A DNA stretch of 62,795 nt from positions 1 to 62,795 of the forward strand of contig CAZBFG010000002.1 in assembly GCA_964491155.1 (NCBI GenBank). The letters run 5' to 3'. A model generated the notes under the pieces. The model was not told the DNA's origin. It saw only the letters and a program-made list of their open reading frames with translations, and searched no databases. Each line of letters begins with the position of its first letter. The first letter of the stretch is position 1. Below, piece after piece: positions 1-10,089 of the stretch. The DNA comes from an uncultured Bdellovibrionales bacterium (GTDB lineage: Bacteria > Patescibacteriota > Minisyncoccia > Moranbacterales > UBA1568). A program made the translations under genes and the position numbers.

Positions 1-210
1 GAGCCCGCACGGGCACGGTTTTTTCTGAAAGAAAAAGAGTGCGGGCATAAGGGTAGGGCGCTTCGCCGCGCTGGGGCGAGCGACCGGTACTTTGGAAGGT
101 TGCTTGCTTGGGGAGTTTCTACATTTTATAAAGGAAAGCTCTTTTTGAAGAAACACAAGATAAAGAGGTTTGGTTGAAAAGTTTCTCTGCTTAAAAATAT
201 CTAAAAACTT

Positions 211-3012
211 TTACAAATATTTTGCAGTGAAGCTCCGTTTGCAAGATTTGAGCTTTTCTGGTGGGCCGGCAAAGATGAGTTCGCCACCTTTGGCACCACC
301 ATCAGGACCGAGTTCTAGTACCCAGTCAGCTGAAGCGATGACATCGATATTGTGTTCTACCACTAAGACGCTGTTCCCCTTGTCAACAAGCGCCTCGAGC
401 ACCTCGAGCAACCGTCGCACATCTTCAAAGTGCAGTCCAATAGTTGGTTCATCGAGAATATAGAGCGTCTTGCCGGTCGATTTGCGCGCCAATTCAGTAG
501 CCAACTTGATACGCTGCGCCTCGCCTCCCGACAAATTGGTGGCACTTTGCCCGAGTACCAAGTAGCCGAGTCCTACTTCTTCCAGCACACGCAATTTTTC
601 CTCGATCATCGGCTGATCCAAGAAAAATCGTCGAGCCTCAGTGACGGTCATCTGCAGCACGTGGGCGATATTCTTCCCACGATATTCAATAGAAAGTGTC
701 TTTTGATTGTAACGTGTCCCCTGACATACTTCACACGGGATATAGACATCAGGGAGCAAGTACATCTCGATTTTCTTGAGTCCGCCACCCTGGCAGGTTT
801 CACAGCGACCACCTCGCATGTTGAAGCTAAAGTGACTGGCCGAGTATTTTTCACGCTCTGCTTCGGCTGTCCCGGCAAACAAATCGCGAATCAAGGTAAA
901 CACTCCGGTGTAGGTGGCCGCGTTCGAACGCGGAGTTCGCCCGATCGGATCCTGCGTCACGGCAATCACCTTGTCGATATTCGAGAGGCCTTCAATTTTC
1001 TTGTGGGCACCAGGAATAGCCTTGGCATGATAAAAATACTGAGACAAGGCCCGCGACAAAATATCATGCACCAACGATGACTTGCCCGACCCAGACACGC
1101 CGGACACGGCCACTAGCATCCCGAGAGGAATACTGACATCGACATTTTTCAAATTATGCTCAGTCGCCCCGACAATGGTGATGCTCTCCTTCGAAAGCTT
1201 TCGTTTCTTTTCTTTGGTCGACACCTGACGCTTTCCCGACAAATACTGCCCAGTCAACAGCTTGGACTTGATGAGTTTGTCCGGTGTCCCGGCAAAAATA
1301 ACCTCGCCGCCCTCCACGCCGGCGCCCGGTCCCATATCAATGATGTAATCCGCTCGCTTCATAATAGCGACATCGTGTTCCACTACCACGAGCGAATTGT
1401 TGGCGGTGCGTAGATCCTCGAGAGCATTGATCAGTCGTTCGGTATCGCGACTATGCAGTCCCACAGACGGTTCATCGAGGACATAAATAATACCCGAGAG
1501 TCCAGACTTCATCTGCACCGACAAACGGATACGCTGGGCCTCGCCACCCGAGAGTGTATCAGCGCTTCGTGACAATTCCAGGTAGCCCAGTCCTACTTTT
1601 TCTACCGCTCGCAAACGCGTCTCCATCTCACGAAACAATGGCTCGATGACTCCGCGTTCGCCGGTTTTTCCTAAGGTCTCGCGAAATGCTTTGATCCCCG
1701 ACAAAAAGTTTTCTACGCTCTGTCCCACGATATCGTCTATTGACTGATCGTTTACGTACACCGCCAAACTGGTTTGTTTGAGACGCTTCCCCGCACAAAG
1801 CGGACAGGTTTTTGTCAGCATGTAGGCTTCGATCTCGGTCCGTAGGTGTTCGGATTTCGTATCCCGATACTTTTGATCCAAAAGTGCCAGTACTCCCAAG
1901 AACCGACCCTTTTCTTCGGATTTTTCTCCATACAAAATCACGGCAAAATGTTTGGCTGAAAGTTTTTTCAGTGGCGTATCAAGAGAAAAACGTTCTCGCT
2001 TGGCACATTCCCGGAGAGACTGCATCGGGCTATTGGTCCCCACATGACGATCACTGTTCATTTTGCTCCACGGACGAATCGCTCCCTCAGCAAGAGACAG
2101 CCCCTTGTTCGGGATGACGAGCGTCGGATCAAATTCGAGGGTCACCCCCAGACCGGAACACTTTTCACAGGCTCCTTCTGGGCTATTAAACGAAAAATGA
2201 CTCGGGGTAAATTCTGGCAAATGAATACCGCACTCTTCACAGCGATACTCTTCATTGTAAACATGTTCTTCACCGAGACCATTGAGACACAGCGTAAACG
2301 TCCCCTGACCGACACGAAAAGCCGTCTGAATATCATCCAAGATACGCTCCTTGTCGGGTCGAGTTCGAGAGAGCACCAAACGATCGATCACCACACCGAT
2401 AGAAGATCCATCTTCGGTCGATGCCTGCTCCAGTGCCTGAGCCAGTGACACCACTTCACCACGAAATCGCACCCGCACGTATCCCCACCCATTCACGATA
2501 TGAAGCGCTTCTCGTTCTGTTTTTCCGGCAAACTGGCTACTCTGTGCCAAAAAAACGATTGCCATGCCATCAGGCAAAGCCAATATCTCATCCAAAATAT
2601 CGCGGGCTCCTTTGCGAGAAAGCGCTTTGCCACAGGTCGGACAATGCGGCACACCCATCTTGGCATACAGAATACGCAGATAGTCATAGACTTCCGTCAT
2701 TGTTCCTACGGTTGAACGCGGGGAACGAGAGACACTCTTTTGATCGATAGAAATAGCAGGAGAAAGATTGCGGATAGCATCCACATCAGGTTTGTCAAAG
2801 CCATCGAGAAACGTACGAGCATACGAAGACAGCGACTCGACATAGCGGCGATTGGCCTCGGCAAACAATGTATCAAAAGCCAGTGATGATTTTCCTGAAC
2901 CCGATAAACCCGTGATAACCACGAGCGAATCACGCGGAATATCGACATCGATATTCTTCAAATTATTGACTCGTGCACCCCGAACTTCAATCACTGATTT
3001 TTTTACTCCCAT
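211..3012 (-). CDS. uvrA: excinuclease ABC subunit A (UvrA), full-length type
   Basis: ORF 211-3054; two ABC modules (GLSGSGKSS and GVSGSGKSS Walker A, two LSGGE signatures); Cys pairs CPTC/CEEC/CEKC/CPLC of the two zinc modules; start placed at MGVKK (ATG ending 3012), ORF opens 14 codons earlier. Confidence 0.95.
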   Translation of the reverse strand: MGVKKSVIEVRGARVNNLKNIDVDIPRDSLVVITGLSGSGKSSLAFDTLFAEANRRYVESLSSYARTFLDGFDKPDVDAIRNLSPAISIDQKSVSRSPRSTVGTMTEVYDYLRILYAKMGVPHCPTCGKALSRKGARDILDEILALPDGMAIVFLAQSSQFAGKTEREALHIVNGWGYVRVRFRGEVVSLAQALEQASTEDGSSIGVVIDRLVLSRTRPDKERILDDIQTAFRVGQGTFTLCLNGLGEEHVYNEEYRCEECGIHLPEFTPSHFSFNSPEGACEKCSGLGVTLEFDPTLVIPNKGLSLAEGAIRPWSKMNSDRHVGTNSPMQSLRECAKRERFSLDTPLKKLSAKHFAVILYGEKSEEKGRFLGVLALLDQKYRDTKSEHLRTEIEAYMLTKTCPLCAGKRLKQTSLAVYVNDQSIDDIVGQSVENFLSGIKAFRETLGKTGERGVIEPLFREMETRLRAVEKVGLGYLELSRSADTLSGGEAQRIRLSVQMKSGLSGIIYVLDEPSVGLHSRDTERLINALEDLRTANNSLVVVEHDVAIMKRADYIIDMGPGAGVEGGEVIFAGTPDKLIKSKLLTGQYLSGKRQVSTKEKKRKLSKESITIVGATEHNLKNVDVSIPLGMLVAVSGVSGSGKSSLVHDILSRALSQYFYHAKAIPGAHKKIEGLSNIDKVIAVTQDPIGRTPRSNAATYTGVFTLIRDLFAGTAEAEREKYSASHFSFNMRGGRCETCQGGGLKKIEMYLLPDVYIPCEVCQGTRYNQKTLSIEYRGKNIAHVLQMTVTEARRFFLDQPMIEEKLRVLEEVGLGYLVLGQSATNLSGGEAQRIKLATELARKSTGKTLYILDEPTIGLHFEDVRRLLEVLEALVDKGNSVLVVEHNIDVIASADWVLELGPDGGAKGGELIFAGPPEKLKSCKRSFTAKYL

Positions 3013-3098
3013 AGGGCGTGAGCGTGTGAGAAATAGAGACAGAATTGTTTTCAATGCTATCAGATTTTCGAGCGATGGTCAATTCTGTGTATAACTTA

Positions 3099-4373
3099 TC
3101 AGGAATTGCTCAAAAACTCTTTGCCACGCCGCTTTCTATGAAACGTCAAAGCAAAGCGGTGCGCCTCGCTATTAACCAAAAGGATCTCCTTCTCAAATCG
3201 CTTGATAAGCGCCTCGGGTCCGATCAGGCGCTCAGGTTGATGTTTGGCGTTTTTGACCACCCCAACCAAAGGAATCGTCAGTCCCGCTTCTCGCAGCACG
3301 CTTTCTGCCGCCCCAAACTGAAGCAATGAACCATCAACCACTATCATCTCTGGGAGTGGCCATTCACTATGTTTCAGCCGACGAGTCAGGATCTCACCGA
3401 GAGCCGAGAGATCATTGCCACCATGAGCATCACGCAGTTTGAACTGCCGATACTCCTGTTTATTCGGGCGACTCTCTTCCACTACCGTCATCACCCCTAC
3501 GGTTGACTGCCCCATAAGATGAGCCACATCATAGCCCTCGATACGATGGGCGTGACGTTCACGAATATCATCCTTGATCAGTGCCATATCCTGGATATGC
3601 CCCAATGCAAACAGCGTCTTTTTGATCTCACCCGCCCGCTCAAAACGTAGTTCTTTGGCAGCCGTCTTCATCTCACGCTTCAATCGGCTGACAATAGTCT
3701 TCTTGTGTCCTTCAAAAAAAAGTCGGATATGATTGATGACTCGTCCGTATTCACGAGCTGTTATCTGTCCGGAACACACCCCGGGACACAGGCCAATTTG
3801 TGCTGAAAAACACGGTACAGCCGTTCGTTGTTTGTTTTCAGACAATTCATCATACGGGGTGCACTTGTCACGGAAAGGAAATAAGTGACGTACGATTTTC
3901 ACCGCTTCGCGCAAAGCACCACCCTCTGGAAATGGTCCAAACAAATACTTGACCGGTTCCGTAAATTTTTTCTGTTCAATATCACGACCACGCACTACTA
4001 GTACCCGCGGGAAACGCTCTTTGGTAATAACCACATGATTGTAACTCTTGTCATCCTTCTGGTCGGTATTATAGGGTGGCTGCTCCGCTTTGATCAGATT
4101 GGTTTCCAGGATGAGTGCCTCGAGCACCGACTCAGTTTCGCGATACCCAATCACTGCAATAAGCGGCCGCATCAGCTCAATCTTTGGTCCCCGGGTTTCA
4201 TTCAGATCCTGTATGAAATAGCTCTTGACCCGATCACGGAGCGACGTCGCTTTGCCGATGTACAAAAGCGTCCCATCTGTAGCCAAAAAGAAGTACACTC
4301 CCGGATTTTCCGGCAATTCATTTTTCTTCTGAAACGCCTCAAGCGTTACTTTTTTCTCCCACAGTGCTGGCAT
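3099..4373 (-). CDS. uvrC: excinuclease ABC subunit C (UvrC), short form without C-terminal (HhH)2 region
   Basis: GIY-YIG N-terminus (PGVYFF..LLYIGKATSLRDRVKSYF), UVR-type helical segment (ELRFERAGEIKK), endonuclease region (IEGYDVAH); ATG at 4373 (MPALW) lies downstream of a promoter-like element; track ORF opens with TTG at 4421. Confidence 0.9.
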   Translation of the reverse strand: MPALWEKKVTLEAFQKKNELPENPGVYFFLATDGTLLYIGKATSLRDRVKSYFIQDLNETRGPKIELMRPLIAVIGYRETESVLEALILETNLIKAEQPPYNTDQKDDKSYNHVVITKERFPRVLVVRGRDIEQKKFTEPVKYLFGPFPEGGALREAVKIVRHLFPFRDKCTPYDELSENKQRTAVPCFSAQIGLCPGVCSGQITAREYGRVINHIRLFFEGHKKTIVSRLKREMKTAAKELRFERAGEIKKTLFALGHIQDMALIKDDIRERHAHRIEGYDVAHLMGQSTVGVMTVVEESRPNKQEYRQFKLRDAHGGNDLSALGEILTRRLKHSEWPLPEMIVVDGSLLQFGAAESVLREAGLTIPLVGVVKNAKHQPERLIGPEALIKRFEKEILLVNSEAHRFALTFHRKRRGKEFLSNS

Positions 4374-4409
4374 ATTTTTTGATTGGGGTTGACTTTTATG
4401 GTAAATTAG

Positions 4410-4438
4410 AGTATAATACAAGGTTACTTCTTTGACAA
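4410..4438 (-). promoter_or_regulatory. sigma70-like promoter upstream of uvrC
   Basis: minus strand reads TTGTCA (4438-4433), 17-nt spacer, TATACT (4415-4410), about 35 nt upstream of the uvrC ATG. Confidence 0.4.
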
Positions 4439-4476
4439 CCCGCCCCTCAACCCACCGCTACCACGAGGAGACATCT

Positions 4477-4719
4477 GTGGGCAAAAGGATTCACCCAAAC
4501 TACTACTACATCATCCGCGACACTATCGTCGCCAAGATGGGTCCCGAGTTTGACCAGAACGTTTTCGAGCGTCTCTTTCCGAGAGTCGCTCAAGAATACA
4601 GGGTCATCCCCTGGACCGACGGGTACCTGGCGCACCGTCGCATCATCGGCGGACTGGTCAAATCCGCTATGAAAGAGCGCTTCGCGGCCGCGCCAAAAAC
4701 CCAGACCTCTCTCATTTGA
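4477..4719 (+). CDS. hypothetical small protein (about 80 aa)
   Basis: ORF 4432-4719 opens with TTG; GTG at 4477 is preceded by GAGGAG 6 nt upstream; intrinsic terminator follows; no recognisable domain. Confidence 0.5.
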   Translation: MGKRIHPNYYYIIRDTIVAKMGPEFDQNVFERLFPRVAQEYRVIPWTDGYLAHRRIIGGLVKSAMKERFAAAPKTQTSLI

Positions 4720-4740
4720 GCGAGGTCACCCTCTACTTGA

Positions 4741-4778
4741 GACGCCCGTGTCAGCTGACACCCAGGCGTCTTTTTTTT
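4741..4778 (+). terminator. intrinsic terminator
   Basis: GACGCC..(TGTCAG/CTGACA inner palindrome)..GGCGTC stem followed by T8 (4771-4778). Confidence 0.6.
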
Positions 4779-4816
4779 ATTCAAAAATCCTAGAAAAAAA
4801 GGAGAAGATGCATGCA

Positions 4817-5296
4817 TCACTCTCCTTCAAGAATACTCGTGACAGCAGTACTCATGAGCTGGTACACCGTCAGATACACCTTGTTCGGGTTTTCCGTAAA
4901 AAAACATATTTCTTCAAAGCTTATCCGTGTAGTCACCGGTGGCGACCTTCTCTGAAACGGTCTTTTTTTCGGCAGGACCAATCGGTAGGGACCATGACTA
5001 TCGATGCCATACTGCACCAGACCAGCCTTTTCTTCCCGCTGCTCAACCACAAAGTGATGCTCTTTCAGAAAACCAAGCACAACAGTTAACCGACGGCCGT
5101 CTTCACCGGAAAACAACTGGCGCAGCTGGTGTGATATGAGTCGCATCCTTGGAGTGAATCCATGACTCATGACACTCTCAGGAGCAGCTACGAGCGTCAG
5201 TCCCGGAAGCGAAGCCACCTCAGGAAACCTATCGAGCACCTTCGTGTACGCCACAGTAACCCGCTCCTTCATGTGAGACTCTACCCATCCGGACAT
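4817..5296 (-). CDS. hypothetical protein (159 aa)
   Basis: longest ORF in region, protein-like composition, no motif recognised. Confidence 0.5.
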   Translation of the reverse strand: MSGWVESHMKERVTVAYTKVLDRFPEVASLPGLTLVAAPESVMSHGFTPRMRLISHQLRQLFSGEDGRRLTVVLGFLKEHHFVVEQREEKAGLVQYGIDSHGPYRLVLPKKRPFQRRSPPVTTRISFEEICFFTENPNKVYLTVYQLMSTAVTSILEGE

Positions 5297-5645
5297 ACAT
5301 CCACCTTTCTTTTTTTAAACTGCTACGATACCCCACTCTACGCCAAAAATTATCCACCGTCAATTGTCCCTTTCAAGGGGTGGACGCGTTACGAATTTTC
5401 ATGTATTATAAAAGCCCGAGTGACGTCGCTCGGACACAGTTCTTTCGCTCTATCGATAATCGGAACAGTAGAAGTTCGAGAATCTGTCCGCTGGGGAGCT
5501 ATGTGATGAGCCTTGTGAGGCTCTTGTCCCATCTGAGAACCTATTCCCGACCAAGTACTTTCCAACAATGATACGAAACACTCTTGATCGACGCAGAACC
5601 CTGCTGCTAAAGATATTGTTACTCTCATTGTCTCGAGAAAGCATC

Positions 5646-5682
5646 AAAAAACCACCCTTCGATAAACTCGGGGTGGTTTTTT
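5646..5682. terminator. bidirectional-looking intrinsic terminator downstream of the cold-shock gene
   Basis: CCACCC (5652-5657) / GGGTGG (5671-5676) stem flanked by an A-run and a T-run. Confidence 0.6.
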
Positions 5683-5711
5683 GTTTCCTTCTGGACCTTA
5701 GTCCTCGGCAA

Positions 5712-5909
5712 TTACGCGCGAGATACGTTAGTCGCAGCAGGACCCTTCTGGCCTTCTGTGATTTCAAAGGTGACCATATCGCCAACCTTGAGCTCATCGA
5801 AAGTAACGCCTACGAGGTCCTTGGAGTGGAAGAAAAGATCCTTCACTTCGCCTTCGCGAGCAATGAATCCAAATCCACGGTCCGTAAGGGTCTTGATAGT
5901 TCCGTTCAT
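5712..5909 (-). CDS. cold-shock protein, CspA family
   Basis: MNGTIKTLTDRGFGFIAREG..DLFFH: RNP1/RNP2-like motifs of the cold-shock domain; ATG at 5909 inside the longer track ORF. Confidence 0.9.
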   Translation of the reverse strand: MNGTIKTLTDRGFGFIAREGEVKDLFFHSKDLVGVTFDELKVGDMVTFEITEGQKGPAATNVSRA

Positions 5910-6203
5910 ATTTGATGTATTTGGTGAATTATATCGTGAAACTCGACTCTGTTTCCGCATCTACCCTGTGAGTATAGCACGAAATCACAGGGAGCGCAAG
6001 CCCTACAGACATTTCTCACAATGCCTGTAATTTTTGTCTTATCTGAGCCAAAAACGAAAAGTCCTCAATTCGGAAGAGCGGCTGAATCCCGAAAAATGAG
6101 TTAACGGAAAAAATTACATTTTTCCCTGAAAATCCAGGTGGGTTTCAATTTTTCGCATCTTCTTTCTGAAGACTTTTCAATTCGAGTATATCATCGTATA
6201 CCA

Positions 6204-6692
6204 CTAAAACCAAATCTTTGCGATAAAAACAAAAACCAGAATCAATCCCAAAAGAAACTTAAGTAATGTTCCTGCCAAAAAACCAAGCACACTTCCCAGT
6301 CCCACTTTCAAAGCTTCCTCCCCGTTCTTCTTCGCAAGAAAATACTCCCCTGATACCGCCCCAAGAAACATCCCGAGAAACAAACCAGGCAGACTCAGCA
6401 CAACAAATCCGACTATTCCTCCCACGACAGAACCAATGATACCCGATCGTGTTGCCCCAAAACGCTTCGCTCCGTAGAGCCCGGCTAGTAAATCCAAAAT
6501 AAATGACAGCGCCGTCGCTGCTCCCAGAAATATAAGGGTCGTCATACCCACGGACTCAACACCGAAATACAAAGCGTACAGCAGTATGCCACCAAAAATA
6601 AGCCCCACTCCGGGCAATCCAGGAATGATAGTGCCCGCCAGTCCGATGATGATGAGCACCCAGGTTATGAAGACGATAAGCGCCGGTTCCAT
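6204..6692 (-). CDS. DUF456-family membrane protein
   Basis: four predicted TM helices, GxIPGLPG motif typical of DUF456; start at MEPAL (ATG 6692). Confidence 0.7.
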   Translation of the reverse strand: MEPALIVFITWVLIIIGLAGTIIPGLPGVGLIFGGILLYALYFGVESVGMTTLIFLGAATALSFILDLLAGLYGAKRFGATRSGIIGSVVGGIVGFVVLSLPGLFLGMFLGAVSGEYFLAKKNGEEALKVGLGSVLGFLAGTLLKFLLGLILVFVFIAKIWF

Positions 6693-6726
6693 ATATTTAA
6701 AAACGTGAATAATAAGAAAGCTGGGT

Positions 6727-7497
6727 CTATTTTTTTTTCTTTTTTCCGACGGACAGATCCCACAACATATCAAACTGGGCTCGCATGAGATCGGCAAAAT
6801 CCCTACTCTGCACCGTAAAACCGAAAACCTCTGCGCTCGAACTCACGAACAACACCTTGTCTCCATAAATAGTATATCCCATCCGAGGAGAAAAGCCATG
6901 AGGAGCAAACCGGCGTTCCACTCCTTCGTCCTCTCCACTGTACATATGCGTCTTCAAATTAGCCTCTCCACTTGACCAAATAGACTGTAGCCGGACACGT
7001 TGGCGGATGCGTTTCTTATTGAAGTCAACTAAGGATTCCTTTCCGAGTGTTTTTACCATTTCCCGATACGGCCACACTACTTTTAGACATTCCGAATCAT
7101 CCCAGAGCATGTCGTGCATACTTCCTACAATACCTTCGCGCCCGGAAACAAATCGGATTTTCGGTTCGACGCTCCTGGTCTGGTGAGCCAGTGTTTCCCG
7201 TGCATCTCCAAACTCCTTTTCCAAAGACTCGATGTGCTCTCGTTCTTTTTCCAAGAAACGTCCGAGGTCGGCGATATCGCGAAGTACAAACAGTGTCTTG
7301 CCGTCACTTCCTCGCTCCACCACCAGACCACGACTCATCAGTTCATTCAATTGATCGTACACCGATGGTCGCGTCATCGAGAGACGCATGGCAATGAGAC
7401 GGGCCGGCGACGCACCATGCTCCACCAGATCACTATACACCAGTCGGGCGCTTTTTCCGACGTGCAGCTGCTCCAGTATTTTTCCTACTATATCCAT
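6727..7497 (-). CDS. TrmB-like winged-helix transcriptional regulator
   Basis: N-terminal wHTH (ARLVYSDLVEHGASPARLIAMRLSMTRPSVYDQLNELMSRGLV) plus C-terminal TrmB-type domain length. Confidence 0.7.
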   Translation of the reverse strand: MDIVGKILEQLHVGKSARLVYSDLVEHGASPARLIAMRLSMTRPSVYDQLNELMSRGLVVERGSDGKTLFVLRDIADLGRFLEKEREHIESLEKEFGDARETLAHQTRSVEPKIRFVSGREGIVGSMHDMLWDDSECLKVVWPYREMVKTLGKESLVDFNKKRIRQRVRLQSIWSSGEANLKTHMYSGEDEGVERRFAPHGFSPRMGYTIYGDKVLFVSSSAEVFGFTVQSRDFADLMRAQFDMLWDLSVGKKKKK

Positions 7498-7598
7498 ACT
7501 TCGTTTATTTGTCGGATTTCGTCGACATTATAACAGATTCGTTAGAATGTGGCAAACTCGTATCAGTTCCTTCCCACCGTGCAACCACAGGAGTCACC

Positions 7599-8138
7599 AT
7601 GGCACGCAAATCCCGCACTTCGTTTTCCCTGCCCGTTCCGGCCGATCTCACCGAGGCCAATGCCGTTCTCTTCCGTCTGGACGCTCTTGCACGCTCAGTC
7701 GAAGCCATCGAGAATGACTACGCCGAAGCGGTCGCCAAGCTACGCAAGCAGGCCGACCTTGCTATCGCTCCGCTGGCTGGAGAAGGCGTCGCCCTGGAAA
7801 AGGGTCTGGCAGTCTTTGCCAACGACAATCGTACCACCCTGCTCACGGGAGATGAAAAGTCCGTGAAGCTCTCCGGCGGCACCTTTGGCTGGAGGTGGAC
7901 GCCGCTCAAAGTCTACACCGGCAAGGGTGGCGATACCAAGGCACTCGCCACCGTAAAGGGCATGAACCTCATGACCTATGTCCGGACTATCGAGTCCCTC
8001 GACAAAGAGGCCCTGCTCCGTGACCAACCGGTCATTCCTGGTATCAAGTACACCCAGGTCGAGAACTTTTTCGTCACTCCGGAACCAGTGGTGAACGACC
8101 AAGAAGCCAGCCTGAATGTGATCCGCCTGGTCGGCTGA
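7599..8138 (+). CDS. phage Mu Gam-like host-nuclease inhibitor / DNA-end binding protein
   Basis: coiled-coil N-terminus then KLSGGTFGWRWTPLKV..VRTIESLDKEALL..IPGIKYTQVENFFVTPE, the pattern of the Mu Gam family; AGGAG 6 nt upstream of ATG 7599. Confidence 0.7.
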   Translation: MARKSRTSFSLPVPADLTEANAVLFRLDALARSVEAIENDYAEAVAKLRKQADLAIAPLAGEGVALEKGLAVFANDNRTTLLTGDEKSVKLSGGTFGWRWTPLKVYTGKGGDTKALATVKGMNLMTYVRTIESLDKEALLRDQPVIPGIKYTQVENFFVTPEPVVNDQEASLNVIRLVG

Positions 8139-8154
8139 CCGCACGAACACAAAA

Positions 8155-8187
8155 GGCCCGAGAGGTAACGTCTCCCGGGCCTTTTTT
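8155..8187 (+). terminator. intrinsic terminator after the Gam-like gene
   Basis: GGCCCG.GAG / CTC.CGGGCC stem followed by T6. Confidence 0.65.
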
Positions 8188-8238
8188 CTGAGTAACCACT
8201 CAAATTCTCACCGCTACAATTGATGAAAACAAAAAAAC

Positions 8239-8538
8239 TCATGGCGAATCGATGTGCGGACTGATGGGCTGATTCCAATCGGGGGCCATTTTTACATCAT
8301 CCAAGCCACCGATATTTGTCACGTCAGTGAAACCGAGATCAAGCAGAGACATTCGTGCCCGCTCCGACCGCGCACCGGAACGGCAGTACAGTCCGATTCG
8401 CTCATTCTTCGCTGTTTGTGCCAAGATACCAATATTGCCACAAGTGATAGCTACAAGAGGGAGGTGGACGGCCCCGGGCGCATGGTATTCTGTGTATTCA
8501 TCAGTATCACGGACATCGATAAGTAGTCCCTGACTCAT
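8239..8538 (-). CDS. single-domain rhodanese-like sulfurtransferase
   Basis: LIDVRDTDEY..GAVHLP..YCRSGARS active-site loop. Confidence 0.8.
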   Translation of the reverse strand: MSQGLLIDVRDTDEYTEYHAPGAVHLPLVAITCGNIGILAQTAKNERIGLYCRSGARSERARMSLLDLGFTDVTNIGGLDDVKMAPDWNQPISPHIDSP

Positions 8539-8921
8539 AGAACTTCGCGGACATAGTCCACTGCCTGCTGCGGCGTGGTCAGGGATTTGATCAGATAAAA
8601 ACGCGTTTCAAATTTCCCCACTTCTTTGAAGGCTTCTTCATTGTCAATATTCGTAAGAACAATCACCGGAATCTTGGAAAGCACTTCATCGGTATCCAAT
8701 TCCTGCAGTACCTCGATACCATTTTTAACCGGCATCTGCAGATCGAGGAGCACGATATCCGGTCGAGTCTCTCGAATACTCTTCAGTCCCTCTTCTCCAT
8801 CTACGGCCACCACCACCTGAAATCCTTCCTGGGTAAATTTCGTAAAATAAATCTCTCGCAAATGCGGATCATCGTCAATGATACACACTTTCTTTTTTTC
8901 CCAAATTTTTTGTTCGTTCAT
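8535..8921 (-). CDS. stand-alone response-regulator receiver (CheY-like)
   Basis: IIDDD..DIVLLDLQMP..VIVLTN..K motifs; 4-nt overlap with the rhodanese gene. Confidence 0.85.
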   Translation of the reverse strand: MNEQKIWEKKKVCIIDDDPHLREIYFTKFTQEGFQVVVAVDGEEGLKSIRETRPDIVLLDLQMPVKNGIEVLQELDTDEVLSKIPVIVLTNIDNEEAFKEVGKFETRFYLIKSLTTPQQAVDYVREVL

Positions 8922-8946
8922 ACGTGTATAAAAAAATTTTACTCAA

Positions 8947-9333
8947 TTACCCCAAAAAATCTTGATCTTTTTCAAAACGCGCGCGCCAAGCAATCAGATT
9001 GATAAACCCATAGAGGAGTGTCGTAATCGTCAGTAACCCCAAATGACGGTCATGATTGAGAGCTGCCTGATCCACCAAAAGATACGTCACCACAAAAGCA
9101 AGCAGTGGCAACACGACGTCTACCCAACCATTCCCTGGCGCTTCAGATAAACGCACATATTTTTCCAATAATTCCCACAAAAGCGCCAGAATCAGCATAA
9201 CGACAAACACCAAAAAAGCCGGCCACGAAAAAGAAATGGCGGCGAGTGCCATAACGATACCAAACATAAAATGCGGCACGGACCACCAGTCAAAGAGCTT
9301 TGCCGGATCAAAAATACTTTTTTTCTTTCTCAT
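8947..9333 (-). CDS. hypothetical membrane protein
   Basis: four hydrophobic segments; no motif recognised. Confidence 0.55.
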   Translation of the reverse strand: MRKKKSIFDPAKLFDWWSVPHFMFGIVMALAAISFSWPAFLVFVVMLILALLWELLEKYVRLSEAPGNGWVDVVLPLLAFVVTYLLVDQAALNHDRHLGLLTITTLLYGFINLIAWRARFEKDQDFLG

Positions 9334-9372
9334 ACGCTTTTTCTATTCTAACACACCTGTCCACCCTCATCC

Positions 9373-9594
9373 TTACTTTTCACATCGAAAAACTTTGTTT
9401 TTTCCGGTGGCGCCAGAAAGAAGTGTTAGCCGTGAGACGGATACTCCCACATGACGAGCAAGTATCCTGGCTACTGCCATATTGGCTTTACCATCAACAG
9501 GGGGCACCTTCACCGAAAGGGAGAAGTGCGTTTCATCCTTCTGTTCCAGTTGCTCTCTGCGAGCTCCCGCCTTTACCGTAACAAACAAACGCAT
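9373..9594 (-). CDS. DUF167 (YggU-like) protein
   Basis: MRLFVTVKAGAR...VPPVDGKAN...LLSGATGKNKVF, the DUF167 signature; ATG at 9594 inside a longer track ORF. Confidence 0.75.
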   Translation of the reverse strand: MRLFVTVKAGARREQLEQKDETHFSLSVKVPPVDGKANMAVARILARHVGVSVSRLTLLSGATGKNKVFRCEK

Positions 9595-9598
9595 ACCG

Positions 9599-10024
9599 TT
9601 ATTCCTGTTCCGGTGACAATGATTCAGCCGCGGCCTTTTCATCCATAAAAAATATTTCCCAAATATGACCATCCGGGTCTTCAAAGGACCGAGCGTACAT
9701 AAAGCCATGGTCTTGTGCTTCACGCGCCTCCTCGGCACCAGCTTCCAGTGCCAGCATCAACAGTGAATCCACTGCCTCACGCGAATCAACTGAGAGCGCC
9801 GTCAATACTTCGGTTACCTTGGTCGCATCGGCAATTTCTTTTTTCGTAAAGGTCCGAAAAAATCCTTCCACCAAGAGCATGACAAAGATACTTTCGCTCA
9901 CTACCATACAGGCGCCACTCTCATTGGTGAATTCGGGATTACACTCGAAACCAAGCTTGCTAAAAAAATCCATCGACACTGCCAAATCCTTCACCGGAAG
10001 ATTAATGAATATTTTCTGAGCCAT
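9599..10024 (-). CDS. VOC (glyoxalase/bleomycin-resistance fold) protein
   Basis: MAQKIFINLPVKDL..SMDFFSKLGF...FEDPDGHIWE; ATG at 10024; 4-nt gap to the DUF167 gene. Confidence 0.75.
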   Translation of the reverse strand: MAQKIFINLPVKDLAVSMDFFSKLGFECNPEFTNESGACMVVSESIFVMLLVEGFFRTFTKKEIADATKVTEVLTALSVDSREAVDSLLMLALEAGAEEAREAQDHGFMYARSFEDPDGHIWEIFFMDEKAAAESLSPEQE

Positions 10025-10089
10025 ATGATGTGATAAAAAATTATCTACCGTGATTGTACCATACTGCGAGAACCTATCCGAACACTCTC

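Noticed and set aside
430-2750. Several 60-216-aa ORFs on the plus strand inside uvrA (for example 430-1080, 2044-2448)
   Set aside because: They are antisense shadow ORFs of a confidently identified gene. Their translations are Arg/Ser/Pro-rich with no motifs.
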